Source: Tubiluchus corallicola
Taxonomy: Eukaryota > Animalia > Priapulida
Length of the DNA: 64,000 nt
Reading direction: 5' to 3'
Assembly (NCBI GenBank): GCA_030141605.1
Contig: JAQGDQ010002374.1
Location: 62,001 to 126,000, forward strand
The notes beneath the pieces are model-generated. The model was not told the origin of the DNA. It saw only the letters and a program-made list of their open reading frames with translations, and did no database searches. The first letter of the stretch is position 1. Every line of letters starts with the position of its first letter. The position numbers and the translations under genes are program-made. Shown in pieces: positions 11,340 through 24,720 of this stretch.

Positions 11340-11670
11340 ATCATAATCTTGAGAAAATCATTGTTATAGTTAGGCACGTTTTTTGTCACGTTTTTCCTCA
11401 GAGGTTCACCTAATACTTCTAAAACAGGTGATATGTCTAATGAAATATACAGAGAATTGTAATAGTCTCCATGGTACATAAGATGGATGCAAGTACAAAC
11501 CTTATTCCTACCCACACCAAACAAAATCGAAAGATCCCGTTATTTCTGTGCCTTCTTTGAAAATTGCATTTTTAGCCAAGCATAAAAGCATCACAAAATG
11601 GCTCTTAAAGTTGCCAAAAGAAAACCTGCCATTTTCAATAAACTCTGGGAACAATCCAACAAAAATTATC
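11340..11670 (-). pseudogene. Frameshifted fragment of a paralogous cGLR nucleotidyltransferase domain
   Basis: Two frames, FPEFIENGRFSFGNFKSHFVMLLCLAKNAIFKEGTEITGSF and NKVCTCIHLMYHGDYYNSLYISLDISPVLEVLGEP, align to FPEFVENGRFSFDKFKSYF...NKVCTCFKLMY...ISLDMTPAIEVPGKP of the intact gene. Frameshift near 11510-11525. Confidence 0.85.
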
Positions 11671-11914
11671 CTCATATACAAAAAAAGATGATCCAAATGA
11701 GTTGAACAACTACTGACCTATCTCACTCGTATCACCCATTGATGCCTAATGCAATTTTTGCAAATTCAGTTATCATTCTTACTCAGTTCAGCAATGGTAA
11801 TGTTCACATGTGACAACATCAGCATCATTAAGCCTTTTCACAGTTTCCTGAGGTCAGGAGAAAACAGTTAGAGCTGAAAGTTTTGCTGCTTTCAGATGTC
11901 ACTCTCCGCCATTA

Positions 11915-12235
11915 TTTAATGTCTCAAATGTGTTAAATATTTATGATATAAACAAATTCCAAGTCACTATTTTCATGTTCAAATTTTTCAACAATATGTT
12001 ACCACCAAGTTTTTTAGTAATTATTTTTGTTGCAATGCTGAACTGCATAACTAAAATACCCGCAGCAGATTAGATTTTCATTATATTCAATGTAGAATAG
12101 ACCTTTGGAAATTCTCAATTAAATATCATTGGTTCATATGTGTGGAATGCAATTTCAAATGTTTTGAAAAATGTCAATTTGCTTTCCACTTTTAAAAAAT
12201 TGTACATACAAGAGTTAGTTGAGTTTTATGTGTAA
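11915..12235 (+). mobile_element. Degenerate 3' fragment of a CR1/L2-clade LINE
   Basis: Remnant translation NVLNIYDINKFQVTIFMFKF..MLP...HN*NTR...KFSIKY...WN...FKK, typical of the ORF2 C-terminus; contains stops and frameshifts. Confidence 0.55.
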
Positions 12236-13630
12236 TTAAAAGATATTCTTTTGTATAATCAGTATGTCTTTGCTTTTTATGCTAATGTCAACAATATAAT
12301 TTTTTTACTTATCTTGATACCTGAATGACGTTTTGAATTATGTTTGATTTATGTCTAATTAGTAAGCACCTGATATTTGTGCCAGCCACCCATTAGCATA
12401 TACATATTTATATAGTTTCACTCGATACATAACCCTGTACATAGAGCATCACTTGGGTTTTCTATAATCTTCATTTTAATTCTCTTCTACTAATTATGTG
12501 TGTTACTAATAACTTCATAATAATGACTAATAAGTCATTTATTTCACATAGTACATTTACAATAGTTCTGTGTACAATATATGATGAAAGGTCATACAAT
12601 GAACATAACAAAAAATAAGTTTTTATTGTTTCTGTACAAGAAAAGCCTCACACTATGTTTGCCTAAATAGAAATGCAAATGTGTTGTGGGAGCAATGCCT
12701 AATCTGGCAGTGTGATGTTAGAAGCTACAGTAGAACAATGAACATAGCTTATATCACAAATTTCATGGCAATCTATTGCTCCAGCTAAGTTGCAGCTTGC
12801 CACCACGTGAAATACACAACTTTTTTACAAATATCATCAGCGCACAAAAGTTTATGTCCTGCATTTGCATAAATAAAATATTATTCTGACTGAATATTTT
12901 ATTAGCTATTTGAAGATGTTGGCTGTTTTTGTTTAAGTAGGCAAATAATTTACCAACTTGAGAAAAATCTGCCAGTAATTCATGAAAAATGCTTCATTAA
13001 AACAAAACACAAAAAATGATCCTAGCACAAAAATGTGACAAAACCTAAGAACAAAATAGATCCGTTGGCTGTTTTTACCTGCAAATACTCATTGTAACAA
13101 AATTAACAAATGTTTTGTAAAAAGTGAAATTTCTCAGTGGCCGGCAAAGTTAATCAGGCGCCACAATAGAACTTCGACTTGCACTATTTGCAGTCGCCTG
13201 ATCTCTTTAGTATAATCCTAAGTCTTTCGACGAATGCGTCTTGCACTCAAATAAATAGAGTTTAATTTAATTTTATCCGAAAAAAGTCACAATAAAAAGT
13301 GATAATGATCTTTTGAAATAATTAATTGACTGCCAAGTTAAAGTAATAAGAAATCTGAGCTTCTAGGAAACTTGCTACTGTCGTGTGTGTATAACCAGTG
13401 ATACTAACACAGAATTAAATAAAAATCAGTAAAACAATTTACGAATCTTATTACAGCTGTGCATTTCTCATATACGAAAACATTACAATTATTTTAGTCT
13501 AGACTAAAGCACAAAAAGTTATTTCTGTGAATGGTAATTTATGCAAATTTGCACAACAAAACAATGAACTCATTGCTTTTTTTAGCCTTGGCACAAATTA
13601 GAATGATATTGGACTGCTCTCCGCTTTTAG

Positions 13631-14013
13631 TGGAGGCAGAACGGATGGCACCGCGGCCTACACCGTGCGGCATGACTCAAAGACAAAAACCAAAATGAAT
13701 AAAATAAAAATGACGATTTATTACCCAAAAAAATAAATGTTCCAGATAGCTTACCGAATGGAGCAAACAGAAAGCCTGATGAAGTGCGAACAGAGCTGCG
13801 ATGAGATGAGATGCCCACTGACCACTGACAAGGATCTACAGCAGACCTACCCTTTTTATAAGCTCAGGTGTGCACGTGACTAGTGGCTCCCACTAACACA
13901 AGGTCAGAATAAGAATCTATGTGCTAGTTAAAGCCACGTTCACACGCACACCTGAGAAGTCTGCTGTATTCCCCTGCCAGTATTACACTACCTCATCACA
14001 GCCCTGCAGTACA
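13631..14013 (-). mobile_element. 3' LTR of a Ty3/Gypsy element
   Basis: On the minus strand a polypurine tract GGAGGAAGGGGGACAG directly precedes TGTACTGCAG; the LTR ends CTGCCTCCA. TATAAAAA near 13853-13860 and AATAAA near 13718. Confidence 0.65.
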
Positions 14014-16945
14014 CTGTCCCCCTTCCTCCAGACAAAGAAGTCCCTTCTTTGAAGATCTAGTCTTCCATCGGGAGGGAGAAGAACAGCTACCCACACAGAC
14101 CAGAAAGCAAGTTCGAGCACTGCTAATCAACAATACAAAAAGTTTCTCCTTCCATTAATCAAATAGAATCACAGAAATATTTTGCAAAGACTGGCAATTC
14201 TACAAAACAACATGAGTTAGTGCATAACGCCTACCGAATTACAAATTAAAAGATGAAGACAATGTCAGATTTCTTGTATGAATAAATTAAAGTTAAACAT
14301 TACATTTCTAGTAACAACAATTTTTGTATAACGGCGAGTCGACTTAAAAAAACTTCCAACTAAATATGCCTAAATATGCTACGTAAAAATGCAAAAATGA
14401 ACGAAATAAATGTAATCAGATATCATCCGCTATCCGTAAATAAACGTAACGTAGCGTAAATAATCCGCACGATCCGCAATTCTTAATGATTCACCAGTAC
14501 CAATTATCATGTCTCAACAAGCAAATGCAAGTAAGGTTTGAGGTGTGGACTAGCCCTTAGTCAAGCAACAACGCATCCGATACCACGGGTGTAACACCTG
14601 GGTTGGTAGAGCTTGCCTGGAAAAGATTAACGCTAGTACTCGTGTCAAGCATACAGTTAGTTCAAGTGAATTTTCACTGCAGACCCAGCATAAGATTTAT
14701 TAAGCTTCAGTATTGGCTCCTATGGCGATTAACGTCGATTCTCCATAAATTTCCAAAATAGCTGTGCTGTACAACAGAAAAAAGGTAGTAAATCTGCTTA
14801 CACCAACTATATTCATAGCGGGAAACAAAAACGAAAAGTTATATGCCACTTTATCTTTAAATAAATCAACATCTTTAATAAACAACAACAATGCTGACAA
14901 CTTAACTTCTAAAAAAAATTTTTTTTAACACCTTACCGTGTTCGATTAACTTACGCAACCGAGGGCTGGTCAGTGGTCAAAGTCGCTCTGTTCACATGGT
15001 AGCCAACGGACAAGGCTTTGTCGCGAAGCTAGAAATAGGACCTCGAAGAACGAAAGCAACAACAACAAAACGTCAATTATCGAAAAAGACTAATTAGAAC
15101 TAGTCATCAACTGGAATCGGTTGACTTAAGACAACGAAATTGAGAATTTCGATCACGACTATCTACTCGTACATCACAGCTGAAACAGTCTAAACAAACA
15201 GTAATTGTTTAGCAAAAATAAAATGTTTGTTCTGCCATTTATCTCTCGAGATTAATGCTAGAACAAATGACAATTTGCAATAACTATTTACAGAACGATT
15301 TTTTTTAAATTCCATTCAAGAAAAAAAATTGAAAATTTAAGAAAAGAATACGCAGTTGATTTCCAATACGGCCACTTGAAAACATGGAACAAAAACTAAT
15401 ATATTCGCCTCTCCTCCTCTCCTTAAAGAAGAGTGAAAATTCCATTTTTCACAAAATACGACAACAATAATAATGACATGAGGTAATCAATATACAGCCA
15501 AGGAAATATGTTCAATTCTTGGCTCCTCAGCTGCAAAAAAAATAAAAATTTTAACATTTTTTAAACATGCTCATTAAGTAAGTTTTATAATTCGAGTTAA
15601 AAAAGCATCTAGTCACGTATTTTCGTATTTGACAAGTGTAAGTAGTTGCTAATTTGGATGTATCAAGTAGAATAGTTGCTGGAATTACGAAAATGTTTCG
15701 CGTAAGTAATTCTATGAGTGCATCAAAACTCGAGCATTTTCTTGCTTGTAAAGTGAGGGTTAAGATGAGAGAACTCTTCTAGCATTTCATTTCTCAAGTC
15801 TCGGATTGCGTATTCGATGTGCAGTAGGGTCTTCATAGATGAAGTTTCCATAGTGGGTTGTAGGTTGTCTTGACCTGCGGGGGTAAGGTCGGGGAGGACT
15901 GGACGGCAACTGGACGTCAACGGCTGCATTGGCTTTCAAAAAGGTTAGAGGTGTGCTAGAATGGGTCTTGCTTGATACGAGAACAGGATTAATAGAAGTT
16001 GGAGAGAGAACAGGATCCGGTAACGTAGGTTGCGAGGTTACATTATGATCGGATTGAAACGATTTGGGTTGACTATCAACAGTTTTTCTATTGTTTATCT
16101 CAAGATTACACTCAACATTGCTCCTAGAATGGTTCACCTGGGTAGACTGCTCGCCCGAAAGAGGCGTGCGTACACTATCGCCGGCCTTTTCAGAGGAGTC
16201 CTCAGCAATTGCTGAACTGGAGCTACCAGGAAGCCATTCGTTGATGAGTTGTCGAGTTGATTCGTCGGGAATAAATTCAGCAGAGTCGGCTATGTCAAGT
16301 AAACTAAGAGTAGTTGAGCTGGGAAAATCAACTCTTTTGGGAGTGGATGTTCGTGGTTTTGGTATAGGCGGAGAGAAGGTGGGCAATGAAAGCCGTACAT
16401 CACCGTTGGATGAATTGTCATGGAGAAGGGAAAGTGGATCACGAATAGGAGTTAAGGCTGGCATGGAGGGATTAAGTAGTTCTGGAATTTGGGCTGGAAA
16501 ACTCGATGCATTTTCATTGTGCTCATCATTATAATCAGCTATTCTGCATGGTGAATATGGAGGTGGCGGCAATCCGAAAGAATCGAGAGATACAGAACGA
16601 TCAACTGCTGTCAGCTGTGGCTCGAGTTCAATGTTTTGTTCAGTTTTAGATTTATCGGTACCCGTTGGATCGGCATTGGATTTATCGGCACTAACTTCAG
16701 GATCAAGGCTATAAGTTACTGTAGCTTGGCTGTCAGATAATTCATTGAGTGAAGGCGTTTCACCAGGTGTCCAGGAAAATCCAGTGGCTGGTGTATAACG
16801 CCACAAACGATCTGCATGAACAATTTTGCATCTTTGTCTTGGTCCCGGCAAACGTATACGATAGACAACATCTGAGAGACGTGTTATGATTTCATAAGGT
16901 CCCTGCCAATCAGACTGAAGCTTTGGACTGCGACCGATTTTACGC
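14014..16945 (-). mobile_element. Ty3/Gypsy internal 3' region: integrase C-terminus (GPY/F module), long S/P-rich tail and 3' non-coding region; cut by the gap
   Basis: SPKLQSDWQGPYEIITRLSDVVYRIR...IVHADRLWRY. The ORF stays open to the stop at 15787 and ends in a PYPRRSRQP-type tail. Confidence 0.8.
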
Positions 16946-17251
16946 NNNNNNNNNNNNNNNNNNNNNNNNNNNNNNNNNNNNNNNNNNNNNNNNNNNNNNN
17001 NNNNNNNNNNNNNNNNNNNNNNNNNNNNNNNNNNNNNNNNNNNNNNNNNNNNNNNNNNNNNNNNNNNNNNNNNNNNNNNNNNNNNNNNNNNNNNNNNNNN
17101 NNNNNNNNNNNNNNNNNNNNNNNNNNNNNNNNNNNNNNNNNNNNNNNNNNNNNNNNNNNNNNNNNNNNNNNNNNNNNNNNNNNNNNNNNNNNNNNNNNNN
17201 NNNNNNNNNNNNNNNNNNNNNNNNNNNNNNNNNNNNNNNNNNNNNNNNNNN
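16946..17251. other. Assembly gap (306 N)
   Basis: Run of N. Confidence 1.
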
Positions 17252-17470
17252 TGTTTTGAAGTAATCCCAAAAACTTTTATTTTAAATTCAATATTACAGA
17301 ACAAATCAAATACATGGCGATTTCTTCGCTTCCAATGAGTAGACTAAAAAACGTGCTCAATTCTGATTGGTTGACCTACTAAATGCATATAACGAAGCCA
17401 AGTTTCACAGGCAATTCTAAATAAGTACAACTTTAGATTAAAGGGCAAGCAGAGAGAATTCTTCCGAACA
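17252..17470 (-). mobile_element. 3' LTR of a BEL/Pao element
   Basis: Minus strand: PPT AAAGAGGGGGGAAA then TGTTCGG..., ending ...TTCAAAACA at the gap edge (TGTT...AACA termini). Confidence 0.75.
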
Positions 17471-17810
17471 TTTCCCCCCTCTTTGATAAGTTTTAACAAA
17501 ACATATCAACAAAATCTATTAATCTAGTCAAAATCAACAGTGTAACTAGTTCTACTAAACTACTTAATTTTCCATTTAACCATCAATACACATAGCAGTG
17601 GAAGCTAAATTTTAAGTTTTGAGTTACAAGTTTCAAGTTATTCTAACATTCGGTAATTAAAATTTTCCATTCTGTGCTACATGACGTTTACGTTTAACTA
17701 CAAAAAACAAATTTCTTGCAAACTTTAGCAAGCAGTACGAAAACGAATAATCGCAAAATCATAGTAATAATTTTCTGTGGTGCTGATCATCCGCAGTGTT
17801 TGTAGAAACT

Positions 17811-20800
17811 TCACTTTTGATTGTCGGGTTTTTCTTCCTCAATGAACTCCAGTGGACAGAGTTTGGTGATTGGTCGTGTAAGTTCACTATTGCCAATCTT
17901 CAGTTTTGCAACTCGAGTGTGCCCGTCGCTACCAGGGTAGACTTCTAGTATGCGTCCCATAGGCCACTGTCCTCTAGGTGTATTTGGAGATATAACAAGT
18001 ACGATGTCGTTTACTTGAATGTCTCTCTGCACACGATTCCATTTACTGCGTCTGTTGAGTCCTGGAAGCCACTCTCGCATCCATCTTTTCCAAAAATGAC
18101 GTATTAATTCTTGGACACGCCTCCAACGCTTTCTAGGATTAAAGTCTGTGTTATCCACTGATTCGGGCGCGAATTGTCCACCAACTTGCCCAAATAAAAA
18201 ATGGTTTGGCGTCAAGGGAATGTCATCTTTCTCATCTGCTGTTTGGTACGTCAATGGTCTCGAATTTAATAGTGCTTCTGCTCCGGTAAATGCTGTCATG
18301 AGTTCTTCATCCGTGACGTCAGCGTTTCCGAGAATAGCGAATATGGCTCGTTTTGAGGCTTTTACCATTATTTCATAGGCTCCTCCAAAATGTGGTGCTA
18401 ATGGTGGGTTAAAATGCCACTTGATACCTTGGTTTGCAGATGTCCGTTGAATCTTCTCTTCATCTAATTTCACTAATAGACTTTGTAGTTCATTGTTCGC
18501 TCCTACGAAGTTTAAACCGTTGTCAGAAAGCATCTCAGTTGGCAAACCTCTGCGATTGACCATGCGATAGAAGGCGTTTAAGAACGAATCAGTGTCAAGG
18601 CCAAAGGCTATCTCTAAATGCACTGCCCGCGATGTCATACAAGTGAAGAGGCAAAGATAGCGTTTCTGTCGACGTTTTCCTCTTCCTTGAACTGTAATAA
18701 ACGGTCCAGCAAAATCCACTGCTGTCCTAGCAAAAGCTCGTAAAGGCAGTTTCACTCTGATCTCTGGAATTGGTGCCATCACTTGCGTTGCAGATTGAGC
18801 TTTCTGCTTACGGCATTTTGCACATTCTTTCTCAAATTTTCTGATTTCTTCCCTGCCAGAGATTATCCAATATCGAGCTGACAGTGAAGCAAGAGTCTGA
18901 TTCACCCCTATTGCATGATGAGCTTTTTCATGATGATGTCCAATTATCAACTTGGTTACCCAGTTATTCTTAGGCAGAATGATCGGATGGCGTGCATCGT
19001 ACGATAAGTATTCTGCGTGAATGAGACGTCCTTCGCTGCGAATAACTCCATCCTCGTCTAATCTAGGTTGCAGCTTTAATAAATTGCTATTCTTCGGCAA
19101 CTGTTGGTTATTCTGGAGTAATTTGTATTCCAGTGAAAAGGCTTCACGTTGCATGTTTCGTACAATGCTTATCTCAACGTCTTGCAATTCGTCTGGCTCT
19201 AATTCTCCAAACTTCTTGTGCAGTTTGGAATCACGACAGTTTTCTAGAAAACGATGTACCCATGCTTGTACTCGAATCAGTCGTAACCAACTGGAAAACC
19301 GCTCAGGTTTTAGACGCCAATTGTCATCCTGGTTTTGTATTGGTCCAGTAATGTAAGTTTCAGCAGTTTCACGATTAGATACATGTCTAATTTTTGTTGG
19401 CTTTCTAAGTTCTGCGTCATCCATTTGCTGAAATTCTATAATTTTAGATGGCCATTCTTGCTCGTTCTTGTGAAGAAATTTCGGTCCTCTCCACCATTTT
19501 TCATCATTAATAAGTTGATTTGCAGTTTTCCCTCTAGTCACAGCATCAGCAGCATTCTCTTTTGATGTGACATGCCGCCATTGATGTGGAAATGTTTGAC
19601 TCTGAATTTCGCCTATACGATTAGCGATGAACGGTTTCAGTGTGCGACTTCTACTCCTTATCCACCATAAAACGTTCATACTATCACACCAAAAAATTGC
19701 ATTTTTTAGTTCCATGTTTAGTGCACCAGCTATGTGGTCCGTAAGCCTTAGCCCCAGTATTGCAGCCATCATTTCTAGTCGTGGAATACTAATTGCAATC
19801 AGAGGGGCTACACGAGACTTTGCTGCGATGAGTCGACACGATATAGTTCCGTCAGGATAGGTACAACGTAGATAGCTAACTGCTGCATAGGCTTCTTGCG
19901 ATGCATCTACAAATGTGTGCAGTGTGCATGAATCTGTACCCCCCTCCGTGACCAAACATCTCGGAATATGAATTTCTGGCATCTCGATCAATTCTGTAAA
20001 CCACATTTTGGCTTTCCATTGCAAGTTTTCGTCAAGCTCGTCGTCCCATCCTAAACCGGCTGTCCACATTTCCTGCATGATAATTTTCCCTCGAATGAGA
20101 AATGCTGCCAGAAATCCCAATGGATCAAATATTGTAGCGATCTTCCTCAGTATATTACGCTTGGTAAATAAGAAATTGTCGATGTCTATGGATTTTGGTT
20201 TGAAGGTGAAAACATCTTCCTTTGCCAGCCACAGTACTCCAAGTGTTTTTATACTCGGAAGAAGTCCTTCATCTAAGTTAATTTCTGATGCTCTCTCCTC
20301 TTGTGGTATCTCGGCTAACACTACAGGTGAATTTGATAACCATTTACGAGCTCGCATGCCAGCCTTTTCCCAAAGACTGGACAACTGACTGTAGAGCTCT
20401 ATGCCTTGTTCATCGTCGATGGCTGAATCCATGCTATCGTCCATATACGTCGAGTAGAGTACGGTTTCTGTAGCCATTGGATACTGCAATTGAAATTTTT
20501 CTGCATGCTTCCGCGTCACAAATTGTGCAAGAAATGGTGATGCATTTACCCCAAAAACGACTCTTTCGAATTCATATTGGTCAGGCTGTCTGTTTTCGAA
20601 ATTCCTCCAGAGAAATCTATGGTAAACCCTGTCCTCAGGAACAATTTTAATCATCAAGTACATCTCTGCAATGTCCGATACCAATGCTACAGGATTTTTA
20701 CGAAAACGAAGCAAGACATCGAATAAGTCTCTCTGCAGCTTTGGTCCGGGACTAATGACATCATTCAGCGAGACTCCATCGCATTCTTCTGACGAATCAA

Positions 20801-22290
20801 ACACCATGCGTACTTTTGTTGTCTCTCTATCTGGTCTGATTATTGGAAAATGGGGTAAAAACCATCGTCCGCATTGCTGATCTTCTAATGATGTCACTTG
20901 ACGTATGAAGCCTTTCTTCACATACTGCTGAATATTATCTTCGTATATTTTTGCCACTTCTGGATTTTTTAGTAGACGTTTTTCGGTGCTCTGTAGTCTT
21001 TTCAGTGCCTTTTCGTAGCTCAATTTCGCACTAGGCAGCTCAACTGAATTATCTTTCCATGGTATGCAAACCTCATAATGTCCATCCGTCATTTTCATGG
21101 ATTTCTCTACTTTAGCTAAAGCGTTCTCTGCATCAATATCCAGAATGCGGCAACTTGGCATCGTGCCAGCTGAATCTATCTGCCAAAATTGTTGCAACAT
21201 CTCATCAAGCCGAATTTCACTAGCTTCAGCCGAAAAATACGTGTGAACGAAATTGGTGCGAACACGATAACTGTCGCAATCATTTGGTTGTCCTATACAT
21301 GTCCATCCGAGTGGAGTTAATCTAGCTATTGGCTCCCCTGGCTTTCCACGAACATCTCTGTACGAATAATGTAAATCGGTGTAATCGCTGCCAATCAACA
21401 TGTCTACGATGAGGCGACGTCCTAGTTTTGGAAATTCAATAGCTTTCAAATGGCCCCACTTGTGACTGCATTCATTCCAGTTTATTACATTCAAATTTCC
21501 GGTAACTCTTTCAGCCGTTAATGCGCTGAATTTCATGTCCAGCTGGCCGTTGACACTCTGTAGATTAAATGTTACAGGTCTTGTTTCGAAAACTTTTGTT
21601 TGCCCATTTAAAACGCTGACGTTAATCTGCTGAGTCTCACCCTCAAGTCCTAACTCTGCTGCTACATCCGAGTTGATGTACGATCTTGTGCTGGCATCAT
21701 CTAATAATGCGTTGATTGTCAATTTACGATTTCCATTTTTCACGATTATTGGTATAGTTCGCAACATAATTTTTTCAACTATCTTGGGATTGCCAGATGT
21801 CATTGTCACAGCCGAATTTTGTTTGTCAGGTGGTATGGTCGATGTTCTACTGCGATGCGATGAACCATCTTCAGCTACAGGTTTGATTGATGACGGTGTA
21901 GAACCAACAGTATTGTTGTAGTTCTTGTTGGTCGCGGCTAAATGCGAATTATTTTCTCTAACTTCTTTTGACGAATGTAGAAATCTGTTATGATTGTATT
22001 TGCAGCTGTCTATGCCACAAACTCTGCTACGTGGACAGGTTTGACCTTGGTGATCTGACCCCAGACAGCGATAGCATAAGTTCAACCGCTTTGCAGAGTC
22101 CCATCTTTGTGGAATGCTCATCTTGCGAAACTCATCACACCTCCAAACACCGTGAGGCCCATTGCAAACTTTGCATAATCTTTGTGATTGACTACTTCTG
22201 GAAACTGCAGCTTCTTGGTTATCACCTGTTGTCCCAAAGTACGATCTCGGTTTTGGTTTTAAACCGATTTTTTTCTCTTTTTCTGTAATA
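17811..22290 (-). mobile_element. BEL/Pao LTR retrotransposon gag-pol polyprotein, uninterrupted but 5'-truncated within gag
   Basis: Zn knuckles (CKVCNGPHGVWRC upstream of the listed Met, CYRCLGSDHQGQTC, CGIDSCKYNHNRFLH), protease ALLDDAS, RT SDIAEMY...YMDD, Pao RNase H FVDAS/RLE/WCDS/NAAD, integrase HHCC plus VDFAGP/SDNG/E, and C-terminal PRGQWPMGRILEVYPGSDG. Confidence 0.95.
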
Positions 22291-23806
22291 CTTCATTATT
22301 TATCAATTTATGTCCGCATATTATCGCAACTGTGAGGTAACACTGCTGAATTTTACAAAACTATAACATTTTCATGGGGGAGGGGTAATTTTAAGTGTCA
22401 CCCAAGGTGCCACAAGCTCTAGCTATGCCACAGCTGCACCGCTGCCACTTTTAAATGGTTATTATTATTTATAAACTGTCCTTATCTGTGTGTATATTAC
22501 CACAAGATCTGGGTTCGAATCCTGGTTCAGTTAATTTACTCAGTGTCTTTAAACCCATCCTCTTTTTGAATTTAACTGTTGATAAAAAGATTTAATTTCA
22601 AAGGTTAATATGTCCTCTTTTGTTTCTTATTCCACGACGTTCTGAGCATAAAGTCCTGAACATTCATGGAAATTCCATAACTACAGCATTTCATGCTCAG
22701 TATTCATGATATCTAACTTGGTTAGTGAAGGATCTATTCTTATACATTCTAAAAAGAATATTTATTGCACCAGATATGGTAATTTAAAATGCACACAATA
22801 TAAAACTGCATAAGTTAGTCTAAAATAGTTTAACTAACTCCTATACATTAAAAGAAAATTGTTTAAAAATCTAATTGGTAAGAATAACAGGCCTAGAATT
22901 TATTAGCTGCGTACCCACTGGTATAAGGAAATAGTATTTGCTGTACATGCCAAGAGATGATATCTACCAACTTTTGAGATACGAAGCTTAGACATGCAGG
23001 TTTGTTTTTGATCAAAGCACTGGTTTGGGGCAGATTTTTTGGTGGAATCCATGAATTGCATGTCTTATCAGGGCAAGTCGGTTCTGCGTCTTGGGTTCTT
23101 ACCATTCATTCTGTGTCACTGTTGGTGTATTGTAGAATGCAGCTCTATTGAATTTACCTTATCTTGGACATTTTCTAAATATTTGCAGAATTCTCAAGTC
23201 TGGGATAAGTATTTACAAATTTCAATGCTGTATTACCTAGCAAGAAAGTTACCTAGCAGACCCAAAACACTTCAAAAACCTTCCTTTAATCGAGTCCAGT
23301 TTAAAAAAATTGCAGATGACATGTCATCCCAAAGACTCTCAATGCCATATGTTACAATAGGCAACATTTTAATATTGAACAGACATAGTACGGTTTCTTA
23401 TACATTCTTATATGGTGTTTATAAATTCTGTACATAAGTCTGGCCTCCTCTTTTCCATTATCTAACTAAAGTTGTCTAACTATCTGACCTAACCACATTA
23501 TCAGATATTCTGTAATCACAAAAATTATCAATAGTGCATTTAATAATGGCTACCTAACTTACCCAATTTATGATTGTGGGCAATATTAGGGAGTTACTTA
23601 AATTTTAGATTAAATGTATTCACACTCATTCTGAAAGCCTTCTGTTGTAACTACTTTACTGTACTCATTTGTAGGTAACTCATACCATTGTTGGTAATAT
23701 CGTTTGGTCTTTTTAACATACATGTGTCTAGAACATACACCTCAAATGATTAAATCTAGATTTAGTTCTTACTTTATAATTAATGTTTGTTTTGATTTTG
23801 TTATAG

Positions 23807-23918
23807 TTGATAAAATCTCTGAATATTTTCCGACGGATTGTGCTAACTGGAACGCCAATACAGAATGATCTTCAAGAATTCTATTCACTTTGTGACTTCT
23901 GTAATCCTGGAGTTTTAG
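23807..23918 (+). CDS. RAD54B: RAD54B exon (SNF2 motif III)
   Basis: tag|[37 protein letters not shown]|gtatga; ends in phase 1. Confidence 0.9.
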
Positions 23919-24544
23919 GTATGAATGATAGTTATAAAGTTACGATTTATAATCTTTGCAAAAGAGATAAAGTAAAAAACAATAAAGAAGTAATGAAATG
24001 TTTTTCAGTAATTATGTAGTTATTTAAACGGAACAATAATTTAAAATGTCTGTGCAACTGTTGGTGATCTAACTTTTTTGATGTGTTTGGCTGTACTTAA
24101 CACATCTAATAAAGATGATAGATTATTATCTTTATCATTTTAATGAGGACTATCTGACTCGGTGGTACATTCTTTATGTTATTATATTAAATTCATCCAA
24201 ATCTATAAAATTTTCCACAGTCTGAATGTCTAAATGACATCTGTGTTTACCTCTTTATATCAAAATACAATTATAAGTGCCTTGTAACAGATTTATGTTG
24301 TGGGATGCACAATATAGTGCTAGATGAAAAAACCACACAAGCACATTTAAATAACTGTCTGTCACAGCCTTCTAAATCATTTCGTTGAAACTGATCCTAA
24401 TGTGAATGTTTTCTAACTCTAAAATTCTGCTACTGTAGCTATAGTATCAGTATTACCATATACATGCATAGAATCTCAGTAAGTAATCGTAGCTAAGAAA
24501 GTTTTCAGGTAAGAAAGTTTATTTTAACACCTAATCACATTTTG

Positions 24545-24720
24545 CTTTAAACTAAACAGATTTTAAACTTGGCCGATACAGTGGACCTAAGTATGAACAA
24601 CCATAAGTTCCTAACCCTAATTAAAAGATATTCAATCGTTATAGCTGGTCCACTGTCTTTTAATAAATTCACCTCTAGTGTCAATACTGTTAGTCTTGCA
24701 GTACATCCAAAAGCTTTACT
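24545..24720 (-). mobile_element. Degenerate CR1-like LINE 3' end
   Basis: Minus-strand remnants TRG... and LLIRVRNLW...VSAKFKICL resemble the CR1 ORF2 terminal RVVNLWN...FK motif. Confidence 0.4.

Noticed and set aside
15787-17304. ORFs spanning the N run
   Set aside because: Artefacts of translating through the gap; only 15787-16945 is real coding-like sequence.
22505-22530. tRNA gene (ggttcgaatcc B-box)
   Set aside because: No cloverleaf or acceptor stem; at most a SINE remnant.
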